Source of the DNA: Marinicella sp.
GTDB lineage: Bacteria > Pseudomonadota > Gammaproteobacteria > Xanthomonadales > Marinicellaceae
Reading direction: 5' to 3'
Length of the DNA stretch: 64,000 nucleotides
Assembly (NCBI GenBank): GCA_965230295.1
Contig: OZ246001.1
Location: 2,752,001 to 2,816,000, forward strand
Shown here: piece after piece, positions 10,435-21,829 of the stretch
Layout of the letters: each line of letters opens with the position of its first letter
Position numbering within the stretch: the first letter of the stretch is position 1
Program-made: the position numbers and the translations under genes
The notes under the pieces: model-generated
What the model saw: only the letters and a program-made list of their open reading frames with translations
The model's database searches: none
Told to the model about the DNA's origin: nothing

Positions 10435-10617
10435 CAGTGGTTTGTCAGTTAAATCACTGATTTTAGCACCAATGGCCGAAGAAGAATATCTGCAGGCTGT
10501 TGGTTTTTACGAGGTATAATGGCGAACGTTATTTGTTACCCACTTACTGATGATGGTGTTTTCAATTATTAAACTTTGCCCGAGCCAACTTCATGAATTG
10601 AATGGAGCCATTGTTCA

Positions 10618-11733
10618 ATGAATTTAGTTAATAACATCCAATTCCTCAGAGCCATAGCTGCTCTGATGGTGGTGATGTTTCATATATACCCTTATACAGC
10701 TAACCAAGAAACATGGATCGCTCCATTGACTGATTTTTTTATGCAAGTTGGTTATGCGGGTGTGGATGTGTTTTTCGTGATCAGTGGTTATGTGATGTGG
10801 CTGTCAACACAATACAAAGAAAACGTATCAGTTGGTGGTTTCGTGTATAACAGGCTCACACGCATTTATTTGGGTTATTGGCCTTATTTCTTCATTATTT
10901 TGGGTTTGGTGTATTATTTGGCACCAGCTAAATTGGCAGATGTGGATTTAATCGGATCATTCTTTTTGAGCCAAGTAGGGATTCATAAACTGTTGTTACA
11001 AGTGGCTTGGACCTTGACCTATGAGTTGTATTTTTATGCTTGGTTTACCGTTCTGTTGTTGTTGCCAAGAAAGTGGTTGCTTAAGGCAATTATCGCATTG
11101 TTTGTTTTGATTGTTGGTATTCAGGCTTACCACATCGCGGTGAATGACATGTACGCCATAGAGCGTTTTCCATATAATCCGTTTTACCTGATGTTTTTAA
11201 CTTCACCTTTTTGTCTCGAGTTTTTGGCAGGTTGTATGATCGCCAGTTACTTTCAGCATCACCGCATTCAAAACATCAAATATTGGGTTGTTGCTGCCCT
11301 GTTAATCTTTGTGTCAGGCTACTACTATCAGCACACCAAAATAATGCCCACTGGATTGTTGTCACAAGGTTATTACTTACCTGAACGGGTGATGTTCTGG
11401 GGCAGTGTCTCTGTCATTGTGGTAGCGGTGCTGGTGGAGCTTAATCTTCGTGGTGTGTTGCTGTGGAGGCGGGCCGCAAAAACATTGGGTGGTGCATCTT
11501 ATAGCATTTATTTGTCACATATCCCCTTGCTGTTTTTGTTGAGCCATTCAGGTGTGTTGGATTTCTTCAAAGAAAGGACAGCTGGAGTGCCTTTGATCAT
11601 ACTGTTGGTCTTGTTGGTTGTTTTGGTATACAGCGTGATTCACTACTTACTGATTGAAAAACCGTTGATTGTAATGGCCAAACGGTTATGGAGCCGCTTA
11701 GTTAAGGCCAATCAATCGACAGCTAAAACGTGA
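10618..11733 (+). CDS. Acyltransferase family 3 (OafA/YrhL-like membrane O-acyltransferase)
   Basis: LRAIAALMVVMFH, GVDVFFVISG, WTLTYE, SYSIYLSH, IEKP. Confidence 0.92.
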   Translation: MNLVNNIQFLRAIAALMVVMFHIYPYTANQETWIAPLTDFFMQVGYAGVDVFFVISGYVMWLSTQYKENVSVGGFVYNRLTRIYLGYWPYFFIILGLVYYLAPAKLADVDLIGSFFLSQVGIHKLLLQVAWTLTYELYFYAWFTVLLLLPRKWLLKAIIALFVLIVGIQAYHIAVNDMYAIERFPYNPFYLMFLTSPFCLEFLAGCMIASYFQHHRIQNIKYWVVAALLIFVSGYYYQHTKIMPTGLLSQGYYLPERVMFWGSVSVIVVAVLVELNLRGVLLWRRAAKTLGGASYSIYLSHIPLLFLLSHSGVLDFFKERTAGVPLIILLVLLVVLVYSVIHYLLIEKPLIVMAKRLWSRLVKANQSTAKT

Positions 11734-11873
11734 ATCATTATTAATCAATAGCCGGTTTTATCACAATTTCAGCATCAATTAGATCCCTTGTTTGGAGGGT
11801 CTTTGATTATTGACTTTTGTTGTCGATAAAAGTGAATGTGAACGCAGTGAGCAAGTCACTGTGTAGGCATTGC

Positions 11874-14156
<2,283 letters not shown>

Positions 14157-15185
14157 CTACTTGGCCATTAATGTAATCAAGGCTTTTCTGGCCTGTTGCC
14201 ACCGCATCTGTTCCCAAAAGGGCTGCTCAGTACTCAGTGTCGAGTGGCCCCGCAAGCGCTTTATTTTAATCAATTTTCCACCTTGATTGGGCAAATATTT
14301 CAAACGATTGTTTGAATACAGTTCGGAGCACAGTTTGGGTTCGCACAACAGCGTTAAATCTATGTCTGCATCAAAGCAGGCTTGGTACCTTTGGTGGATG
14401 TCGCCAACACACTCTGCAGCCTTCATGCCCAAATCGTCGCTGATCGAAACCCCTTGAAAATTTTGTTGCGCTCTCAATATGTGGCTGTGCCATTCAGCAG
14501 AATAGCCTGCAGGCAAATCACACACTTGTGAATAAATGACATGCGACAACATCATGGCGTCGATGCACCCAGTTGGGATCAGCTCACTGAATGGCCACAT
14601 GTCAGATTGGAACAGATCTGCCCTTGGGCGGTCGTCTTTTGGCAGTTCAAAATGTGAATCGGCTTTGACCGTGCCATGACCCGGGTAGTGTTTGGCGGTG
14701 GTTTTCATGCCTGCTGATTGCATCCCCCGACAGTAGATCTCAGCCAGGTTTTTAACCAAATCAGGTTCGGTGGCAAATGCCCGGTCGCCAATGACATCAC
14801 TGCCATTGTTAATATCCAGCACTGGCGCAAAACTCATGTCAACACCAATGCTCAGTAACTCACTGGCCATCAGCCAGGCATGTACATGAGCCATGCTTTT
14901 GGCCTTGTCTCGGTCAGTCACGTAGGAGTGCCCCAGTGATCCCAATGGAGGTAATTGCGTAAACGGTAAGCCAAATCGAATCACCCGCCCACCTTCTTGG
15001 TCTACCGCCAGGATGAAATCGGGTCCTTTCAAGGCCCTGATCTGGTTGACCAAAGCCACCAGTTGATAGTAATCCTGGTAGTTCCTTTTGAAAAAAATAA
15101 CGCCACATGTCAGTGGGTGGTTGAGGTTGTTCAGATCCTGATCGGTGAGTTCGAATCCTTCGATTCCTGTCATTATGTATGTCAT
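14157..15185 (-). CDS. nagZ: Beta-N-acetylhexosaminidase (GH3)
   Basis: AVDQEGGRV, FAPVLD, KHYPGHG...DSH, SDDLGM; start placed at MTYIM. Confidence 0.93.
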   Translation of the reverse strand: MTYIMTGIEGFELTDQDLNNLNHPLTCGVIFFKRNYQDYYQLVALVNQIRALKGPDFILAVDQEGGRVIRFGLPFTQLPPLGSLGHSYVTDRDKAKSMAHVHAWLMASELLSIGVDMSFAPVLDINNGSDVIGDRAFATEPDLVKNLAEIYCRGMQSAGMKTTAKHYPGHGTVKADSHFELPKDDRPRADLFQSDMWPFSELIPTGCIDAMMLSHVIYSQVCDLPAGYSAEWHSHILRAQQNFQGVSISDDLGMKAAECVGDIHQRYQACFDADIDLTLLCEPKLCSELYSNNRLKYLPNQGGKLIKIKRLRGHSTLSTEQPFWEQMRWQQARKALITLMAK

Positions 15186-15311
15186 GTGTAGATTATAGCT
15201 GAAATGGCAATCCACTCAATGCATTACTCATGGCTTAAATTGAGCATGAAAATCTAATTCCGGTAATTATTTTAATATTTAGGCCAATAAACAGGATTTT
15301 TCTGAACATCT

Positions 15312-15354
15312 TGTGAGCCTGGTCACAAATTTATCGAACCTGACATGACAGCAT
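15312..15354 (+). promoter_or_regulatory. CRP/Clp box with class II-spaced extended -10 upstream of the S8 protease
   Basis: Perfect TGTGA-gcctgg-TCACA (15312-15327) and TGaCAGCAT (15346-15354). Confidence 0.7.
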
Positions 15355-15414
15355 GGTTGGTCTGGTTTTTACCAGAGCTTAAAACTATAAATAAAAAGAG
15401 GAGAATCTATCATC

Positions 15415-17640
15415 ATGAATAGATATAAAAGGTATACCAAACCGGTATTGATTTCATTGTGTGCGGGTATCAGCACACAACTCATTGCACAAGATGACCA
15501 AAGTTTATTTGGTTCCATCAGCCATCAAAATAACTTACAAGTACAAGCCAGTACGCTGAATCCCTATCAGGCTCAAGCGCATCCTTTGGCGAAAAACATC
15601 ATCGTTAAGTACAAGGCGATCAACAAATCAGCTTCTGACAAAGAGGCCCAGAACAAAACAGCATTGCTGAGTAAAAGTGTGGGTGTACCGATGTCATTCA
15701 AAAGGATGATGTCAGGTGATGCCGAAGTTTTGACGGTACACATGACCGCTAAGTCAACTGCATCCGATTTACAGGCCATCGTAGAAAACATCAACGCTTT
15801 GCCTGAAGTTGAATATGCTGAAGTGGATGCCTGGATGGTGGCTTATCGCACCCCCAATGATTCACGTTACAGTGACCAATGGCATTATTTCAATTCAGTG
15901 GGTGGCATGAAGTTACCCGCTGCCTGGGATGAAACCACTGGTTCTTCAGCCGTCACTGTGGCTGTGTTAGACACCGGTTACCGGCCTCATGCTGATTTGG
16001 CAGGCAATGTGGTTGGCCAATACGACATGATTTCCAGCACTTCAGTTTCTAATGACGGCAATGGCCGTGATTCAAATGCGCAAGACCCAGGTGATTGGGT
16101 GACCGCCAATCAATGTGGTAATAACCCGGCCCAGGACTCATCCTGGCATGGCACCCATGTGGCTGGTACGATAGCAGCGGTTTCTGATAACAACACGGGT
16201 GTGGCCGGTGTGGCCTGGAACGTCAATTTGGTTCCTGTGCGCGTGTTAGGCACCTGTGGTGGTTCCTTGTCAGACATAGCTGATGGCATCCGTTGGGCGG
16301 CAGGCCTGTCAGTCAGTGGCGTACCCACCAATTCGAATCCGGCCGATGTGATCAACATGAGTTTGGGTTCAACCCAACCGTCGGCTTGTTCGAGCACATA
16401 CAGCAGTGCCATCAATGCCGCGGTCAATGCCGGTGCAACCGTTGTGGTGGCTGCTGGTAATGACAACTCAAGTGCGGGTTATCCACCTGGCAACTGTGCC
16501 AATGTCATTTCTGTGGCGGCAGGTGCCAGAGACGGTTCACGGGCTTATTATTCAAATTTTGGTTCGGCCATCGATATCACTGCCCCCGGTGGTGACTTGT
16601 GTGACCCGACCACAGATGCATTGCCAACTTCAGCCAGTGATTGTCGAGGTGGTACCACCCGTTCAGCTGATATGATTTTGTCGACCTACAATTCAGGCAC
16701 CACTACACCTGGCAGTGATTCCTACGATTACTCTCAAGGTACATCCATGGCAGCTCCACATGTGGCAGGTTTGGCAGCACTGATCAAATCTGTTGACAGT
16801 TCTCTCACGCCGGCGCAGGTGGAACAAACCATTAAAAACACGGCCGATTCATTTGCCAATGTGTCTGACCACCAATGTACCACCTCTATATGTGGCGCAG
16901 GTTATGCCAATGCCGCAGCGGCCATTGCTTCATTGACTGGTACACCACCCAATCCGGGTGATAGCGTATTGTCAAATGGTGTTGCAGTGACAGGCTTATC
17001 CGGTTCGGCCGGAAGCGAGTTAAGGTATACCCTTGACGTGCCTTCAGGTGCGACTGATTTAAGTTTTGTGACCAGCAGTGGTGATCCAGATGCAGATTTG
17101 TATGTCCGATTTGGTTCGGCACCAACTACCAGCAGTTATGACTGCCGTTCCTGGACGTCAACCAGCAATGAAACCTGTAACATCAGTAACGTTCAGGGAG
17201 GTACCTACCACGTACTGGTGAGAGGTTATAGTGCTTATACTGGATTAAGCTTAACCGGCAGTTATACAGAACCTTCAACCGGTGGCGGTCAAACATTCTT
17301 CCAAAACACCAGCAACGTCAACATCCCTGACAACAACGCCACGGGGATCACCAGCAGCATCAATGTCAACCGCACGGGAACAGCTGGCAGCATCGAAGTG
17401 TCTTTTGCCATTGTGCACACCTGGCGTGGTGATTTAGAGGTGGACTTGATTGCACCGAATGGGGCAACGGCAACTTTGCACAGTCGCACCAACAGCAATG
17501 ACAGTGCGGATAACTTAAGCAAAACCACCACCGTCAACGCAGCCAGTGTGAATGCAGCAGGTGAATGGCGATTGCGCGTTAAAGACCGTGCCAACCAAGA
17601 CACCGGTTACATCGATTCCTGGAGCATCGAGTTCCAGTGA
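15415..17640 (+). CDS. Secreted S8 subtilisin-like protease with prodomain, PPC and proprotein-convertase P domains
   Basis: Signal peptide; VLDTG, HGTHVAG, GTSMAAPHVAG triad; DADLYVRFG (PPC); HTWRGDL...GEWRLRV.D (P domain). Confidence 0.95.
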   Translation: MNRYKRYTKPVLISLCAGISTQLIAQDDQSLFGSISHQNNLQVQASTLNPYQAQAHPLAKNIIVKYKAINKSASDKEAQNKTALLSKSVGVPMSFKRMMSGDAEVLTVHMTAKSTASDLQAIVENINALPEVEYAEVDAWMVAYRTPNDSRYSDQWHYFNSVGGMKLPAAWDETTGSSAVTVAVLDTGYRPHADLAGNVVGQYDMISSTSVSNDGNGRDSNAQDPGDWVTANQCGNNPAQDSSWHGTHVAGTIAAVSDNNTGVAGVAWNVNLVPVRVLGTCGGSLSDIADGIRWAAGLSVSGVPTNSNPADVINMSLGSTQPSACSSTYSSAINAAVNAGATVVVAAGNDNSSAGYPPGNCANVISVAAGARDGSRAYYSNFGSAIDITAPGGDLCDPTTDALPTSASDCRGGTTRSADMILSTYNSGTTTPGSDSYDYSQGTSMAAPHVAGLAALIKSVDSSLTPAQVEQTIKNTADSFANVSDHQCTTSICGAGYANAAAAIASLTGTPPNPGDSVLSNGVAVTGLSGSAGSELRYTLDVPSGATDLSFVTSSGDPDADLYVRFGSAPTTSSYDCRSWTSTSNETCNISNVQGGTYHVLVRGYSAYTGLSLTGSYTEPSTGGGQTFFQNTSNVNIPDNNATGITSSINVNRTGTAGSIEVSFAIVHTWRGDLEVDLIAPNGATATLHSRTNSNDSADNLSKTTTVNAASVNAAGEWRLRVKDRANQDTGYIDSWSIEFQ

Positions 17641-17663
17641 TTTAATCTTGTCTTAAAACGCAG

Positions 17664-17689
17664 AAAAGGGCGCTGTGGTGCCCTTTTTT
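17664..17689 (+). terminator. Intrinsic terminator
   Basis: AAAAGGGCGC-tgtg-GTGCCCTTTTTT. Confidence 0.8.
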
Positions 17690-17697
17690 GTGGTTGA

Positions 17698-18002
17698 GTC
17701 ATTGCGAGGGAGGAACGACCGCGGCAATCTCATGAAGCTGGGTAACCTTCTTTAGATTGCCACGCCGCTTCGCGACTCGCAATGACGCAATTAAATTCTT
17801 AAATTTCTCTAAAAAACAAACTACCGTCATCCCGGACCCCGATCCGGGATCCAGTGTCTTTCAGGGGGTGGGTCAGAAAAGTAATATTTCCGATCTGCAA
17901 TTGGATTAATCTAATCAGATTAATGTGAGTTCAAAGCATCGTCTGCGACAATTCTGAGGTTAAGATAAAAAGACCCTGGATACCGGCCTTCGCCGGTAAT
18001 TC
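17698..18002. repeat. Two inverted doublets of REP-like palindromic units of the CGTC/GTCAT type
   Basis: GTCATTGCGAG...GGCAATCT (17698-17731) paired with AGATTGCC...CTCGCAATGACG (17754-17787); CCGTCATCCCGGA...TCCGGGATCCAG (17824-17861) paired with 17969-18002. Confidence 0.85.
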
Positions 18003-18015
18003 AATTCATTCTCAA

Positions 18016-18444
18016 TCAAATATACTTCTCAGCCGTCTCTTTGATCTTCTGAATCATGGCATTCAAACCATTGGAGCGGGTGGAGGAGAGGTGGGATGAG
18101 AGGCCGATTTTTTCGATGAAATCAGGCTCGGTTGCGGTGATTTTCTCTGGTGTTTGCCCAGAATAGATGGTCATCACCAATTTGATCAATCCTGATACGA
18201 TGGCGGCATCACTGTTGGCTTGGAAATGCAGCTTGCCGTCACTGAAATCATGAACCAGCCAGACTTGTGACTGACAGCCGTGCAGGATGTTGTCGTCAAC
18301 CTTCAGTGATTCGTCCATGGGTTCCAGTCGTTTACCCAGATCAATGATGTATTGGTATTTTTCCAACCAATCATCGAACAGCTCAAAGGTTTCAATGATT
18401 TCTGTCTGTTCAACTGAATTGTGTTCGGAGCTCAGGTCAGTCAT
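18016..18444 (-). CDS. sufE: SufE family Fe-S sulfur acceptor
   Basis: KYQYIIDLGK, GCQSQVWL, SDAAIVSGL, RSNGL. Confidence 0.93.
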   Translation of the reverse strand: MTDLSSEHNSVEQTEIIETFELFDDWLEKYQYIIDLGKRLEPMDESLKVDDNILHGCQSQVWLVHDFSDGKLHFQANSDAAIVSGLIKLVMTIYSGQTPEKITATEPDFIEKIGLSSHLSSTRSNGLNAMIQKIKETAEKYI

Positions 18445-19817
18445 TTCATGCTCCAGCGGGTGCCATCTGCTGAATCTTCCAGCACCACGCCCATGGCATC
18501 CAATTCATCTCGAATTTCATCAGAGCGGGCCCAATCTTTATCGGTACGGGCTTGTTTACGTTCTGCGATCAATTGTTCAACTTGATCTTTGATGTCTTCG
18601 CCCCCGGCTTGTTTGTCGTCTAACCATTGCTTGGGGTCTGTTTGTAAGACGCCCATCAATTCACTGCTTTTGAGCAACACGGATTTAAGCTCGATTTGAC
18701 TGGTTTCATCTTCAGCATTGGCCAGGGCTTTGGCCAATTGGTTGATGCGGGCAAAAGCTTTTGGGGTGTTCAGATCGTCATCCAGAGCGGCTAATAATTC
18801 TGCATCAATCGCCACATCATCAACTGAAACATCACTGACGTCTGCCAGGGTGCGGTAGATGCGATCAATGGTTTTCTCGGCTTGAGCCACGGTATCAGGT
18901 GTCCAGTCCACAGACTGGCGGTAATGTGCACTGAGCAAGACCCAGCGGGCCACTTCGCCCTTGATCTCAGCCAACACTTCACGAATCAATTGAATGTTGC
19001 CCAAGGATTTTGACATTTTTTGGTCACTCATGGTGATGAAACCATTGTGGACCCAATAATTGGCAAATTTTTTGGTGTCATTGGCGCAGCAGCTTTGGGC
19101 CACTTCATTCTCATGGTGTGGAAAGATCAAATCTTTACCACCACAATGGATGTCAATGGTTTTGGCCAGGTGCTTGGCTGCCATGGCTGAACATTCAATG
19201 TGCCAGCCTGGTCGGCCGCGTCCCCACGGGCTTTCCCAACCCGGCAGGGTGGCATCAGAAGGCTTCCACAACACAAAATCACCAGGATTGCGTTTGTAGG
19301 TGGCCACTTCAACCCGTGCCCCAGCCAACATGTCCTCCAATGACCGTTTTGACAATTCGCCATAATGCTCATAAGTGGTGACATCAAACAACACATGACC
19401 TTCTGCGGCATAAGCATGACCCTTGCTGATCAGGTCTTCAATCATCTCTATCATTTCAGCGACATGATCGGTGGCATAGGGTTCAATGTCCGGCATCAAC
19501 ACACCTAACTGTTTCAGGTCTTCATTGTATGCTTGGGCATATTCAGTTGAGATGTCTTTGATGGAACGCCCAGTTTCCTTGGCTGAGTTATTGATCTTGT
19601 CATCAATGTCTGTGATGTTGCGGGCGAACACAACATGGGGATAGTGTTGACGCAACAATCGATTCAACACATCAAACACAACGGCTGGTCTGGCATTGCC
19701 AATATGGGCATAGTTATAAACAGTGGGCCCACACAAATACATGGTGACGCGATTGGGGTCAATTGGGGTGAATAATTCCTTGTGGCCACTGAGGCTGTTG
19801 TGTAAATGTAATGCCAT
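18441..19817 (-). CDS. cysS: Cysteine--tRNA ligase
   Basis: CGPTVY, HIGN, GRPGWHIECSAM, KMSKS. Confidence 0.99.
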   Translation of the reverse strand: MALHLHNSLSGHKELFTPIDPNRVTMYLCGPTVYNYAHIGNARPAVVFDVLNRLLRQHYPHVVFARNITDIDDKINNSAKETGRSIKDISTEYAQAYNEDLKQLGVLMPDIEPYATDHVAEMIEMIEDLISKGHAYAAEGHVLFDVTTYEHYGELSKRSLEDMLAGARVEVATYKRNPGDFVLWKPSDATLPGWESPWGRGRPGWHIECSAMAAKHLAKTIDIHCGGKDLIFPHHENEVAQSCCANDTKKFANYWVHNGFITMSDQKMSKSLGNIQLIREVLAEIKGEVARWVLLSAHYRQSVDWTPDTVAQAEKTIDRIYRTLADVSDVSVDDVAIDAELLAALDDDLNTPKAFARINQLAKALANAEDETSQIELKSVLLKSSELMGVLQTDPKQWLDDKQAGGEDIKDQVEQLIAERKQARTDKDWARSDEIRDELDAMGVVLEDSADGTRWSMK

Positions 19818-19991
19818 GATGTCGTTGTTTTCTGTTTGCAGCGTATTTTAAGTGAATCACAGCCAAATGAGGACAAAATTATTCAGCTAAGGATTAATAT
19901 TTAAGACATGGCATTGTTATCTTCGCCTGAATTGACGATAATGGCAGCCCCGAAACTGTGACAACCGTAGACAACAAGTCAATCGACACCT

Positions 19992-20930
19992 ATGGACCAA
20001 CAAACCAAGCCATCATTCACCAGTCAATTACAAGTCAGTGTCAGGCGCGAGTCTGATCCTTTGATAAGTTTTACTGGTTTGAATCATGTACCTGCTGTTG
20101 AATCGGTTGGTATTTCTGTGCCGTTAGAGAAATTGGCAGAGTCAGAAGGGTATCAAGAATATTGGTCAGACGGCCAACCGGCTTTGGTGGCTCCCAGCGG
20201 TAACAACAGCTTATTAAAAATGGTGGAAACGCCACAGCATTTGGTGATGAGTTATCAGTGTGACAGTTTACCCATGTTGGATGCGGTCAAACAGGTCTAC
20301 ATGGATGCCTACACGGTCAGTGCAGCGAGGGGATACCACTACCTAAACCGGACTTGGAACTACTTGGATAAGATTAACGACATGCAAGGCGGCATGGAAA
20401 GATACCAGGCCTTTTGTGTTGCTCGCCATCAAGTATTGGAACAGTTACAGTTGTTAGAAAGGAACAACCCGGCCGCCACAGCAATAGGTGGCCATCACGG
20501 TCAGAATGTTTTTATCTTTTTGTTCAGCAAAGTACCTGGCCAGGTGGTGGAAAACAAAAGGCAGGTTTCTGCGTGGCAATACCCCAAGCAATATTCGCCC
20601 AAACAGCCCAGGTTTTCACGTGCCATGCAGTGCGGTAATTTGTTGATGTGTAGTGGGACAGCCAGTGTGGTTGGTCATGAAACCATCCACCTGGATGATG
20701 TGGGTGCCCAATTTGAAGAATGTCTGATCAATGTTCAGGCGCTGTTGGATGAAAGTACGCTTGATGTGTCTCTGAATTCAGGCTTGTTTCGATTTTATTT
20801 GCGTGACAAAGCCCTGAAAAATGAAATCATTACCTTGATAAAAGCGAGAAATATAGAGTCTTATATCATTCTTGAAGGTGATATTTGCCGTGAAAACCTT
20901 TTGATAGAGTGTGAAGCGGTATTCCAATAA
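19992..20930 (+). CDS. FkbO/Hyg5/XanB2-like chorismatase
   Basis: R.WNY...IN...ERYQAFC..R, ENKRQVSAWQYP..Y...P.FSRA, SGTASVVGHET.H, DICRENLLIECE. Confidence 0.8.
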   Translation: MDQQTKPSFTSQLQVSVRRESDPLISFTGLNHVPAVESVGISVPLEKLAESEGYQEYWSDGQPALVAPSGNNSLLKMVETPQHLVMSYQCDSLPMLDAVKQVYMDAYTVSAARGYHYLNRTWNYLDKINDMQGGMERYQAFCVARHQVLEQLQLLERNNPAATAIGGHHGQNVFIFLFSKVPGQVVENKRQVSAWQYPKQYSPKQPRFSRAMQCGNLLMCSGTASVVGHETIHLDDVGAQFEECLINVQALLDESTLDVSLNSGLFRFYLRDKALKNEIITLIKARNIESYIILEGDICRENLLIECEAVFQ

Positions 20931-20976
20931 TCCCGGAAAGGGGGTAAAATCGTTCTCTTAAATTTGTGTGTGTACC

Positions 20977-20985
20977 TGCTATACT
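20977..20985 (+). promoter_or_regulatory. Extended -10 promoter of crp/clp
   Basis: TGcTATACT about 45 nt upstream of the ATG. Confidence 0.45.
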
Positions 20986-21030
20986 GAGTTTATATACCTT
21001 AATTTTGCAGGGAAAAAGAGAGGAAAAAAC

Positions 21031-21759
21031 ATGTCTGATGCATTTGACGAAGCTACATTTGATGAACTGTATTTAAGTGAACGGTTTCAAAACTCCAGTT
21101 TTTTTAAACTGAATGTTGAGTCCTTGAATCGATTCTTATCCATGTGTCATCGACGCAAGTTTCCCAATAAAACCACCATCATCAGGCCCGGTGACTTGGC
21201 CAACACCTTGTATTATATCGTCAGTGGTTCAGTGACGATTTCCTATGAAAATGATGAAGGTAAAGAGTTGGTACTGGCCTATTTGAATAAAGGCGATTTT
21301 ATCGGCGAAATGGGTTTGTTCATGAAAACAGAGCGTCGTGAGGTGATGGTTAAATCGAAAGAAAAAACTGAAGTGGCAGAAATAGGTTACTTGCGTTTAG
21401 GTCAATTGTTCGAAACAGATTTGAAAGATGATGCCAAGCACATTTTATATGCCATCGGCACCCAATTAACCCATCGGTTGTTGCAAACTTCAAGAAAGGT
21501 ACACCGTTTGGCGTTTTTAGACGTGACTGGTCGCATTGCCAGAACTTTATTGGATTTATGTAAAGAGCCCAATGCTTTGTCTCATCCAGACGGCACTCAA
21601 ATCAAAATTTCACGGCAAGAAATTTCCAGGATTGTAGGTTGTTCAAGGGAAATGGCAGGTCGGGTTTTGAAGGATTTGCAAGAGCAAGGCAATCTGGCTG
21701 TCAAAGGACATACCATTGTGGTCTTGCATGACCGCCAGGACAAGCCCGCTATTAATTAA
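21031..21759 (+). CDS. crp: CRP-family global regulator (Clp/Vfr/CRP type)
   Basis: GDFIGEMGLF cNMP domain, LAFLDVTGRIARTL, SRQEISRIVGCSREMAGRVLK HTH; GAGAGG RBS before ATG 21031. Confidence 0.93.
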   Translation: MSDAFDEATFDELYLSERFQNSSFFKLNVESLNRFLSMCHRRKFPNKTTIIRPGDLANTLYYIVSGSVTISYENDEGKELVLAYLNKGDFIGEMGLFMKTERREVMVKSKEKTEVAEIGYLRLGQLFETDLKDDAKHILYAIGTQLTHRLLQTSRKVHRLAFLDVTGRIARTLLDLCKEPNALSHPDGTQIKISRQEISRIVGCSREMAGRVLKDLQEQGNLAVKGHTIVVLHDRQDKPAIN

Positions 21760-21780
21760 AATCTAATGATTACACCCAAT

Positions 21781-21811
21781 AAAAAAGCCTGATTTGAATC
21801 AGGCTTTTTTT
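21781..21811. terminator. Bidirectional intrinsic terminator between crp and rne
   Basis: AAAAAAGCCTGATT-tg-AATCAGGCTTTTTT. Confidence 0.88.
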
Positions 21812-21829
21812 GTGCTTAACAAAAAGAGA

